From: Lingula anatina
Taxonomy: Eukaryota; Animalia; Brachiopoda
DNA length: 64,000 bases
Assembly (NCBI GenBank): GCA_051362555.1
Contig: CM120646.1
Coordinates: 5,146,001 to 5,210,000, forward strand
Direction of reading: 5' to 3'
In this document: positions 1 to 11,200 of the stretch, piece by piece
How positions within the stretch are numbered: the stretch's first letter is position 1
Layout of the letters: every line of letters begins with the position of its first letter
Translations under genes and position numbers: made by a program
The notes under the pieces: generated by a model
Database searches by the model: none
The model's input: the letters and a program-made list of their open reading frames with translations, nothing else
What the model was told of the DNA's origin: nothing

Positions 1-154
1 TCTTCCAAAGGAAATGGCGCAGTCTCAGTTAAAACCACAGAAAAATATTATAAATATCCCTAGAAGCAAGTCTTTTTTGTGATACGTATATCGAAATATT
101 CTAAACAAAACCGAAAAATGTCGTCTCAGTAAAAGTATCAATGTCGTGTCTTAC

Positions 155-2298
155 CAAATATCAAAGGTCGATATTGCCACCATAACGTTCGGAGTCTTTT
201 CAAACGGTTTTTCGAAACGCACGTGCTTTTCTTGGCTCTGACACTTTTGGCTACTGCTTCTCCTACAGACGTCGCTGGACACTATCCCTGATTCACCTGT
301 AACATGAAAAGGCGTGTGTGTGTGTGTGTGTGTGTGTGTGTCCACCACATTTTAAACTTTTTGGGTCATCATGAACAGATTTCTGAAAAGTGTTGTTGTT
401 ATATCGAAATGAAATAATGTCCTGGCCGAGAAGTTTGACAAATGTTTGACAATATACCCTTGACAAATGGAAACTGGTTGAATGCAACGTTTTTAAAGAA
501 AAGTACATTTAGGATTGAAACCAAGAGATATACCCCCTAGCAAAAAAGTGTCACCCCTACCCCATTTATGTAAATTGCAACTAGCACCCATACCATAGGC
601 TTAATTCCACTATGGCATAACATTAAATCGGGGATGTGAGTAATATACCCCCGTAGAAAAAAGTAACATCCATTTTTGTACATTGTGATAAGGGTACCAA
701 TAGGTTTACTTTTACTACTGCATATCAACTGGGCGACCGACCGTCGTGTAAATTGGGGATGTGAGTAAAGGGAAATTGACCTATCTAGTGTTGCCTTTGA
801 AATACCCAACACTTAGTTTATTTAAATATGCGACTCCTAAGTGAGAGCAATACATTTTTTTTACCAAGCAGCTGACACAGGAGGGAGTTTTGGCCCGCCA
901 AGTCCCCAGAATGATTGTTTGTGCTATGATAACCATTCAGAGGTTAGAGGGTTAGACAACATCATATGCAAACAGGCACATGGGCAAGATTGCCTGGGTA
1001 ATTAGGCCCACCGAAGGAAACCACATCCAGAGAAAAGAGAATGTTAACACGTTTCCATGGTAGAAAATATCTCATGACATTTAGGAACTTGACTGCGGTA
1101 TTAATTTAACTAGAATAGGGCAAACCATATTTCTGAGTTTACCGTAAGAAGAGGTCTGCAAAATCGTTGTTGTTTTGGAAGGGTTGCTGTTAGGGGACCA
1201 GTGATCACCGCCAGGAAGCGTGTACGTCGAATCAGATGGGATACCGGAACTGGTTCATTAAACTGTTCTCAGATTAAAGCATGCAGAATCGGCGTTGTCA
1301 GAAGTGATGGACGTGTAAGTGTTTGGAAAACAACTAGAAAGATGACTTCCCAATTTTCTGCCTCTGATCGAGAAGACGCACCCCCCATAATTAATGGCAT
1401 GAAGTGCATTTATTACTTTGTTGCAGGCCAGCGTGTATTGGTCGACGGGAACCTTAACGCAGAGCAACGCATCCGAGCACTGGACAGGAACTGAAGAAAA
1501 TCTGTGGAGAATACCTTTAAGGATCATACCACCCAGTTATATTTATTAAAATGATGCTACTCCACGTACAGCCAGTGCAACAGTAGGCTGGTTATATGCA
1601 AACCAGACCCAGACCCCCCTCCCCCCCCCCCCCCCCAAACAATTGCCACCTCAATCCTTGGAACAGAACTTCAAAGAGAATGTGGGATATCCTCGGAAAT
1701 GGATAACTGAGTGATAAGCATCCGAACAAAAGTGAGCTCATCACCTTTGCACTGTATGTGGAACGCCATCACTCCTCAAACTTACGAAACTTTTTGAATC
1801 CACACACAGAGGCCTCATGTGCATCCTCTAGATCAGAATATGCTGTACAAAATACTTAAATGTGGCTTTGTTTTATTTAAATATCGTTGCCTTATTGAAT
1901 GGTTGTGAAAAAAGTAAAATTTTGTGAAAAAATCCTTTACGGAGTTGAGTAAAATGCATTGGTTTATAAAATGATTATCTGCATCATTTTACGCAATGCA
2001 TAAGAGGTGACACTTTTTGTTAGGGTAATATATACAGGAGAAAATTGAAAAAAGTCTACCGTCTCTGGGACGATATATAGTCTGCTTGTGTCTTCGGGTG
2101 TACAATACTGTCACATGTACTAAGTACAGGGTTGGTTTAAAAAACAGTTTTATCTAACAGAAAACAGATGGGATTAAAAACAGATGAAAACGACACCGAC
2201 TACTGTCATATTTTAAAACTGTACTTACACCTGGCATCAATTAAATCTGGAAGTAGCGGAACAACCAAAAAGCAACCAAAGAAAACTCTGGAGGTCAT
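155..2298 (-). CDS. Secreted H-type lectin, copy 1 (exons 1-2; exon 3 lies left of the window)
   Basis: Exon 1 2229-2298 (signal peptide MTSRVFFGCFLVVPLLPDLIDAR, donor gtaagt) and exon 2 155-296 (acceptor ttacag, donor gtaag). Spliced: ...ARCESGIVSSDVCRRSSSQKCQSQEKHVRFEKPFEKTPNVMVAISTFDIW. The F..PF...P.V.V.....D pattern is typical of H-type lectins, and exon sizes (70/142 nt) match the other copies. Confidence 0.85.
314..341. repeat. (GT)n microsatellite in lectin copy 1 intron 1
   Basis: Read directly; lies just upstream of the exon 2 acceptor. Confidence 0.95.
529..2032 (+). mobile_element. Decayed Tc1/mariner DNA transposon inside intron 1 of lectin copy 1
   Basis: Imperfect TIRs (ccctagcaaaaaagtgtcacc ~536-555; ggtgacactttttgttaggg ~2006-2025) flanked by TA. 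The + strand carries broken Tc1 transposase motifs in the correct order: ITARKRVRRIRW, KLFSD*S, SDGRVSVW, LVDGNLNAEQ..RAL, NDATPRTASATVGWL, PPQSLEQNFKENV. Stops and frameshifts are present. Confidence 0.85.
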
Positions 2299-2333
2299 CT
2301 TCTCGTTCTCAGTCTGAACAGGCGAGTGACTGT

Positions 2334-2450
2334 GACTGAGCGAACTGTGGGGCCCATGTCCTTTTATAGTTGCACAATCTGTTGCTCACACATGTCCTGT
2401 CAGTTTGTCGAGTTTCGTGCAGTTTCAGTCATGCGGGGAGGCCCAATCAA
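2334..2450 (-). promoter_or_regulatory. Core promoter of lectin copy 1 (TATA, Inr, CCAAT)
   Basis: TATAAAAG at 2361-2368 (minus), TCAGTC initiator with its A 31 nt downstream (2337), CCAAT near 2443. The same block precedes all five copies. Confidence 0.75.
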
Positions 2451-4627
2451 GTTCCAACGAATAACACCGAGTTTTGTTTGGCCTTTGTCTCGTCCTCTTC
2501 TTCCACGACTGTAGAGCCTTATTTTGCAATGCCCTGGCAGATATTGCATGACAGGCAGGTTCAGACAGGCGAGGAGGCAATTCCAATGAACAACACGCAG
2601 TTTTGATTAACATATCTCGTCCTTTACTGAACAAAAGTCACATGTTGTGTCACTTTATGTGTACTGTAAGAAGTGCATGTATATCCTCCTATGAAAAACT
2701 TACTAGTACACATAAACGGGTAGATTTCTTGAACGTGTTTATTAATATGTTTTGTGCACGGAGGACGAAAAAGGTCTTATTTGCCTAAAATACTGGCCTA
2801 TGTGACGGACTGCTTGTATCTTGTCATTAGTACATATTTTGTTTTACACACAGTATTGTAACAAAAGCAAGAAATGTACGTCTTGTACATGTATTTGGTA
2901 CTCCAATCCAAATATGAATATTCTCTTGTGTTTACCATCGGTAATTGTTAAATACATGTAAATTACAGAAAATTGAATGAAAATTGAGGGAAACGATTTA
3001 GGTTACATTTTTCATAATACCCCGATAAGGATATTCTTATAGTTATTTCGTTTAATTTATATTTTTGTTTCAATTAAATATGTCCTTTTTATTTGAGGTA
3101 ACAAAAATGGGGTCAGCAACGAGCTTTTTTCTAGATTTTTTGTTACTTGTCAGTTATTTTTCAGAATGCTTCAGGCTTGGATTAAGTATGATAAACATTC
3201 ATGGATAAAGCGACTACTCCAAAAAGGTGAATAATACTACTCGTTTACACTCGTTTACATTGATACGGGTTCATAAGAGGGGGAGCAGTGGGGAATTTGG
3301 GGTCGATAGGAACAATTCCAGTAGAATTTTCTATGAATTATGAGAAAAACGAAGAGGTAAAATTTCTTGGATCAAAAGTTCTTGACTCGTGCTACAGTGG
3401 ATTTGTCTGTGAGAATAAATTTTTTATCATATTGAATGCTATGTCGAAATAGGCCATGTCCTGTTCCGCATTAAATTCTGTTAACCAATACCACAGCGGA
3501 TGCATGGTGTTTTGAGTTTAAGCGTCCTTGACAATCCTTTTTCACCACACATTGTTTTTTAACAAAAACCCTGTTTTTTCAAGCATAGAGTTTTTTTAAA
3601 TCTATTAATTAACTTAGACGTATGATACTGATAGTTGTGATATTATGATTGTCTGTACAATACTCGGTTTGAAAAGACTGGGTGACTACTGTACGCAGTG
3701 TAATCCTTTCCCTATCATTTACTGTGAGTCTAAGAGGACATTCGGAGCAAGTTAATGTTGAGTGTTATTTTGGTAGCACGAATGTATGAATGTTTTTATT
3801 TTAAGTCTGTTATGCTTGGGATTTTTTCCGTGGTACGTTATATCCTTACACCATTGATAAAGCAGTATACCGGTAAGTACATTTGCAATCTGCACAAGCA
3901 GACGCACACTCACAAAGGCAAGACACCCGTGATGAAAAATTGGTTTTCACCCCTGTGAAAGCCGCTGCATTGACAACCCCCTTCTCACCCCCCCCCCTCA
4001 CCCCCACTAGGCAGCTGATGAAGGTCACGTGTTGACCGAGAAGCGCTTTCTGCAACCAGTCCACCCCCTCCCCCACCAGGCTGTACGTCTCCCGTACAAC
4101 CGTCTTTTAGTCAAACTCAAACAGAGGTGAGACGCTCTCTCTACACCACGCTGAGGTGAGACGCCACACAACACGCAAGCCAAAAGTAGTACACTGTACA
4201 CGGCTAAGAACACTTATTTTATCAGAGAAAATAAAAAAAAACTGATACATCAAATCCTTCCGTCACACAGACGTGAAATAAACTACCTCTTATCAGAATA
4301 ACACATTAGGCTAGGTCTAAACATTAAAAGCATTTTATTGCTTCATTTAGGTAAAATGGAACCCACATGAGTACACATGCTTTTATCATAATGTAAATGA
4401 CGGAGATGTACCACGTATTCATTGTATAATGTTTGTTAAGTAATTACTGTTTGCACGCCCCGTCCACGTATACCCATATTGTGCGTATAATCAAATTGTC
4501 ACCAGTACTCATTTATTAGTTGGTAAGATTTGTGAATTGCAGTAGGTGAGCTTGCACAGCAGTCACAATTCATGGGTGCGCGTTTTCTCAGCCTGCAGAA
4601 ATGTTTTCTTTCGTTTTAACATTGTTG

Positions 4628-4632
4628 GTGTG

Positions 4633-4665
<33 letters not shown>

Positions 4666-4682
4666 ATCCGTGTGTGTGTGTG
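4628..4682. repeat. Imperfect (GT)n microsatellite
   Basis: Read directly. Confidence 0.95.
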
Positions 4683-4959
4683 AGCAACTGTGCCCCGTGT
4701 CCTGCACAATTGGAACCTTAATCCCTCACCTGTTTGTGAAGGCTCGGCTGCTCTGCCCTCTCTTATACATATTGTTGAACATATTTATGTTTATCGTGAT
4801 GTATGCAGAATGAGGTCGTCTGTGACAATGCATTTCTACCACATGAATATTTTTTCAAAGTGTGTAAAACATAAATAGCAACAGAAATATGTCTTAATGT
4901 AGAAGCAAACGTGTCAGCTATGAAATCCATGACAGTTTATACATAAGAGAGCGGTCTTA

Positions 4960-5174
4960 GGCTCTATTCCCATAGATTTTAGATCGATCTATCCCCGCGG
5001 GGAGACTCACTAGATTACTTTCAGATAATCTGACTTAAATGTCCGTCCCGCCTACTACAAGCTGTAAGGGGGTAATTAACTTTCGTGTCCGCCCGGCTGA
5101 CAGCTATTTAGCGTTAACCCCCAGGGAGTTAGGTCGATCTAAAGTAGGTCGATCTAATCTATGGAAATGGGGTG
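4960..5174. mobile_element. ~215-bp palindromic MITE, PIF/Harbinger-like (family A)
   Basis: Imperfect TIRs containing ttcccatagat/atctatggaa, with TTA on both flanks. A near-identical inverted copy lies at 43691-43907, and relatives at ~28460-28695, 29343-29490, 33358-33600, 47736-47950, 48146-48352 and 48357-48525. Confidence 0.75.
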
Positions 5175-5270
5175 TTATACACAATAGTCACGGGAAATTT
5201 TAATGTACATTGATCAACTTCATTATTTTTTAAATTGAAGCTACTAGCCTTATTTAATAGAATATCAGCA

Positions 5271-8200
5271 ATGTCCGTCCGTTGGAAACGGAGTAGATGG
5301 TCTGTAATAGAGGAAAAACCCACTCTTTTTGCCGGAAAGGTCAGCTGTCAAGCTGCTTTTTTTCTTTAGAATACCCCCCCCCCCCCCTCGAGACGATAAT
5401 TGCCGGTACATGTTTATAACTGATGACATTGCGAATTCCAAGCTATGCACTTAATAGCATGATAATATCTGATCTCATCATACGTTCTATTTCATTCGTG
5501 CAGGGGGTATACTGCTTTTATAATGATGATGTTTACTGAGAACGAAATTCCACAATTGGTACATTTGATGGCTCTTTAAGCTAATTTAGGCGTGTCATGA
5601 AAATAATGATGATGTCTCTATAATTTCAAAAGATTTACTGTAAGAAAGTCACCATGGATATGAATTTATAACGCAAATTATATTTATAATTAAGAAATGC
5701 ATGTGTACAGGATATGTTCTCATTACAAATGGAGAATAATATTTTGTAATAAGTTAAGGTCTGCTGGGATTTAATCAGTTCATTGATCTGCACATTTCAG
5801 GAACTAAATATGTTATTATGACACGCCATCAAAACTTTGCTTTGGAAAGCGTACACTGGCAATTGTCTCAGCCGCATAGACGTGATTTGTATTTAAATCC
5901 ATTCTGAATTACAATTTTTCAATGTGACTACAACAGGATTTAGTAACTTTTAGGCAAAGATTAACTTAAACATGATTCCTCAATACGCTCATAGAAACTT
6001 AAAGTTCGGTAAAATTGTCGAAACCAAACTTATCACAATGTTGGATAAAAATAGATATTTTGTTCAGTTGTTTAGACTCTGTGCATCCTTCTCATAACTT
6101 GTTAAATCATTAAAACAAGTGAATTACACTTATTAAGGTTAGATTTCTCACCTAGTGTTATAGTGTCGACGACGCCAAGTTGAAGCTTTCAAAATGTATT
6201 TATCAACTTATTTTTCATACAAATGCAAAAGCATTAAACCCTGTATCTCCGTACGGACCCCACATTCACCTGTTTTTCGTCACATCGTCTTTTGCGTGAT
6301 CATATGAATTTTCCTTTATAATTTGTCAATAACTTATTGAATATATTCTTATAGCAAATATTTGTAAGCCTTGTTTTCAGTTAAATATGTAGAATATTAT
6401 ATCCATTACAAATCATACTCGGATAGTTCCCAAAGCCCTGTCTGCAGTTGTCACATGTAAACACGTGACAGAAAAATTACATTTTGATAAAGAAATTATC
6501 CAATCAAATAAAACTTTGTGTGACTTTGACATTTTCCGCTACAATTAGTTTCTGAACATTTTGTTTGGTTGCTTTAATCGAAAAAATATGTTATTTTTGA
6601 TAGGTGGCGCCCATTTTGTACTTGTCAAAAGGTTCAAAATAGATGCCAAACAATAAAGGGATTTCCATACACACATTAGTGCATGGTTGGGCTGAAATAG
6701 TGGTGTCAGCTAAGAACGAGGGCCTTTTGTATGCAATTGTGTATATTTCTATTGGTCATCTTGGATTTTTATAGTTGCCCAATCAGAATTTGTTTAGGAC
6801 CCCATGGAAACCCCAATCAAGAAAAAAACCTTCATAGGAACAAAATTTCTAGGTTCCGAAAATTTCGCTTTGACTATAAATATAATGTTACTTTTTTAGC
6901 TCAACAAAAATGTCCCGATGGAGCCATTGACATTTTTCACATAACTCGAAAGCTATCTACTCTGTATACCTATGAGAGTTCTCGTCCAACAGTTAAGGCA
7001 TGAATTGACACAGTGCATGTTGATCGTGACCGAAATTAATGCATGATCAGTGCTAGACTGCGTGTTCCGAGTAATAGACGAATTACATCAGCAGAGTAAT
7101 AATTCACCTGGCTACCCTCATTTCCAGGATCTGCGGACGTTTAGGCATGAATTAACACCAACACAGTGCATGTTGATCGTGACCAAAATGTATGTAGGAT
7201 CAGCGCTAGACTGCGCGTTCAAAGAAAGAGAAGAAAATTCATCGGATGTGTTATGTCATAATAATACAGTAATAATTCACCTGGATGCCCCCATTTCCTA
7301 ATGCAGGTGCTCTGATAGACATCAAAATATTGGAGGTAAACCATTTTTATATTAAGCTACGAAGAAAAAACTTAAGGTGGTCCTTGTTTTTTCTTGTCAG
7401 ATAATAGCTTTATGTTGCTTGCTGAAGATGCCTCACTTTATAAATGTATCTTAAGCAAGTTTGAATGATTTTCACCATTACAGTACACTTTATATTATTG
7501 CACTGTATCAACATCATCATTTTCATCACCATCATCAATTTTATTATTACTTTCATTATTACAATGATTATTATTTGCAATGTGAATATGTACAACACGC
7601 GTGTAAATGTGTGCCTTTCTTAATAATTTGCGGCCTTAGTATATGTATAATAGATGTACATGTATTTTTATTAAAAAATGGTATTGTTGTACCAGTATCT
7701 GTGATGAGAAAATAAAGATGTATAAGAGGATTCCATTAAAAATACTGTTTAAGGTGTGAACATAATGCTTTTTAAACCTGGAAGTCACTTAAAACTAAAA
7801 AAAAACTAAACAAACGACTGTCTACGTTGCTGCTGCAATGAAATCATATCAGCAGTAAAAACTGACGGATCGGCGGAAATTTGTCCAATTTTCCAACATG
7901 ATTATCTCGTGTTTGGTCCTGTTTGTGCTTCCGTATCGTGCAGACAGGGCCTAAGCGCATGCTCCTGATTTGCAGCAAAACAGCATTATAGAAGAGAGCG
8001 AGAGGCAGTCGCAGCTGGTAGAACTCGATGGCTCAAGCAGAAGCGTGATGCTGAACAGAGTCATGCACTCGTGCGTGTACATGCACCTGATCGTAGTCTC
8101 TTTACTTCGCAGACCACAACCGTAACAACTCTGCCAACTGAAGATCCGTAACAATATTTAGAAGATGTGTTTTGATGCATGATGATTTAAAGAATAAGTT

Positions 8201-11200
8201 TAAAGAAAAGTAACACAGACTCTAAGCATGAGCAAGGTACCTTCAATCATATTAATTTAGGTAATATAAAAATGGTCCAAACTAGGCGCAAACTAGTTTA
8301 CCTTTAGACTGTAAATAGTGACCATTGCAGAATACCAAAGAAATTCCATTTGAATGGCATAATATCATATAGGAAGAGGATTTTATGCTAAAAGTATGTA
8401 TCAAAACAAAATGGAGATCGGAGAAAAGATAGAAATGATTTGCTCAAAATATATAGTTTGCCCCCTTTAAAGGAAATATTTTACCATGGTATACCGGTAT
8501 TAGTACGTAAAAAATATGACGTGTACAATAGAAACTTGATCATCATTTGAGGCAGATAGAAGAGAAGCCCACTCTTAGACTTGCATGGTCATTATTCATT
8601 ACGGTTCCACTGTTGCTCCATCTGAAATACCTATATCTTCTGAGGCAGCCACCATCTACTGAGACAATAACTTTATTCAGAAGGTGAACTTTGTTAGTCC
8701 TTCTCACCTAGAATTCAATAAAGTCTATTTAACTGGCTTGAAGGAATACCAGGAGTGTGTTGTTTCTTTGCCTGCTTTATTATCCCCGTGTCATGAATCC
8801 TATAAAAAGACGAAAAAGAAAGAGAGAAAAACCTCGTGACTGATGCACTCGCAACAAGGTGCATCACGGAGTCGTCTTCCAGTATATGCCAAGTTCATGC
8901 GGGCACTTATAAAGCACTGCCCGGAGAGCGTCAACTATCACTGGTGGGACGTCATGACAATGTGACGCAGAATGTTCAAGAGAGAAACTCCCTGCAGCGA
9001 CCAATCGATGCCTGAGGCAGGAGTCTCTGCACTGAGGGAATTAGTTTCCGTTTATAAAAATTGTACTGTTAAAAGTAAGTCGATTCTGACGATTTTATTT
9101 ACAGTTAATTAGTTTTAAAGTTCAATTATAGCGGAAATTTAGTTTATAATAATTATTTAAGCCTTAACTTGTTCATTCAGTGGGTTAACATTACCACGGC
9201 CAGTACCATCAGGGCAGGGTAACCTTGGTGAACGGACACAGTTGTTTACCATCTCTGTCTCCGGTCTCTCGTTATTATGTCCAAGAGCAGAGTAAGCAGT
9301 AAACGTGGGTAAGCAAAAGCGAAAAGAACGAAAAAAAATTGGCTTTTGCAGTTGTACTTCATTATTCTTCAGATTTATTTGTCCCCTTTCTGGTGCGTCG
9401 GGACTTCTTCAAACAGCCCTGTATAGCACGGTTTTCCTGTACATGTACGTGCGTTAGTGAAAAAATGTCCGTCCGTTGGAAACGGAGTAGATGGTCTGTA
9501 ATAGAGGAAAAGACCACTCTTTTTGACAGAAAAGGTCAGCTGTCAAGCTGCTTTTTTTCTTTAGAATAAGTATTTGGCATTTAATTTGAATTATAATAAA
9601 TCTGTTTAATTCTCTTTTATTCCATAATACCAATATCCACAGATATTGAAAACTACCCCCCCCCCACCCCACCCCCCACGTCGATACTTACCGGTACATG
9701 TTTATAACTGATGAAATTGCGAATTCCAAGCTATGCACTTAATAGCATGATAATATCTGATCTCATCATACGTTCTATTTCATTCCTACAGGGGGTATAC
9801 TGCTTATATAATGATGATGTTTACTGAGAACGGAATTCCACAATTGGTACATTTGATGGCTCTAATTTAGGCGTGTCATGAAAATAATGATGATGTCTCT
9901 ATAATTTCAAAAGATTTACTGTAAGAAAGTCACCGTGGAAGTTAATTTATAACGCAAAGTATATTTTTAATTAAGAAATGCATATGTACAGGATATGTTC
10001 TCATTACAAATGGAGAATAATATTTTGTAATAAGTTAAGCTCTGCTGGGATTTAATCAATTCATTGATCTGCACATTTCAGGAACAAAATATGTTATTAT
10101 GACACGCCATCAAAACTTTGCTTTGGAAAGCGTACACTGGCAATTGTCTCAGTCGAATAGACGTGATTTGTATTTAAAGCCATTCTGAATTACAATTCTT
10201 CTTCTTGTGACTACAGCAGGATTAGGCAAAGATTAACTTAAACATGATTCCTCAATACGCTCATAGAAACTTAAAGTTCGGTAAAATTGTCGAAACCAAA
10301 CTTATCACAATGTTGGATGAAAATAGATATTTTGTTGAGTTGTTTAGACTCTGTGCACCCTTCTCATAACTTGTTAAATCATTAAAACAAGTGCATTACA
10401 GTTATTAAGGTTAGATTTCTCACCAAGTGTTACAGTGTCGACGACGCCAACTTGAAGCTTTCAAAATGTATTTATCAACTTATTTTTCATATAAATGCAA
10501 GAGCATTAAACCCTATATCTCCGTACGGACCGCACATTCACCTGTTTTTCGTCACATCGTCTTTTGCGTGATCATATGAATTTTCCTTCATAAGTTAATT
10601 GTCAATAACTTTTTAATATGTTCTTTTAGCCAATATCTGTGAGCTTTGTTTACAGTTAAATATGTAGATTATTATACCCAGTTGTCACATATATACACGT
10701 GATCGAAAAATTACATTTTGATTAAGAAATTATCCAATCAAATAAAACTTTAAGTGACTTTGACATATTTCGCTACTAGTAATTTCTGAAAATTTTGTTT
10801 GGTTGCCGTAATCGAAAAAAAATTTGATAGGTGGCGCCCATTTCGTACTTGTCAAAAGGTTCAAAATAGATGCCCAACAGTAAAGGGACTGCCATTTACA
10901 TATTTTTAGTGCATGGTTGGGCTGAAATAGTGGTGTCAGCTAAGAACGAGGGCCTTTTATGTGCAAGGGTGTATATTTTTATTGGTCATCTTGGATTTTA
11001 TAGTTGCCCAAGCTTGCCAAAGTGGCAACCAATCTGAATTTGTTTAGGACCCCATGAAAACCACAATCAAAAAACTTTCATATGAACAAAAATTTCTAGG
11101 TTCCGGAAATTTGGCTTTGACTTTAATGTTACCTTTTTAGCTCAACGAAAATGTCCCGATGGAGCCATTGACATGTTTCACATATCTCGAAAGCTATCTA

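Noticed and set aside
2326-2634. ORFs of the MTERTVAPMSFYS type repeated at 29819 and 32391
   Set aside because: They are translations of the conserved lectin promoter, with non-ATG starts and inconsistent lengths.
7410-7715. His/Met/Ile-rich ORFs (also 11496-11684)
   Set aside because: Low-complexity (CAT/TAT)n sequence inside the tandem duplication, with no gene structure.
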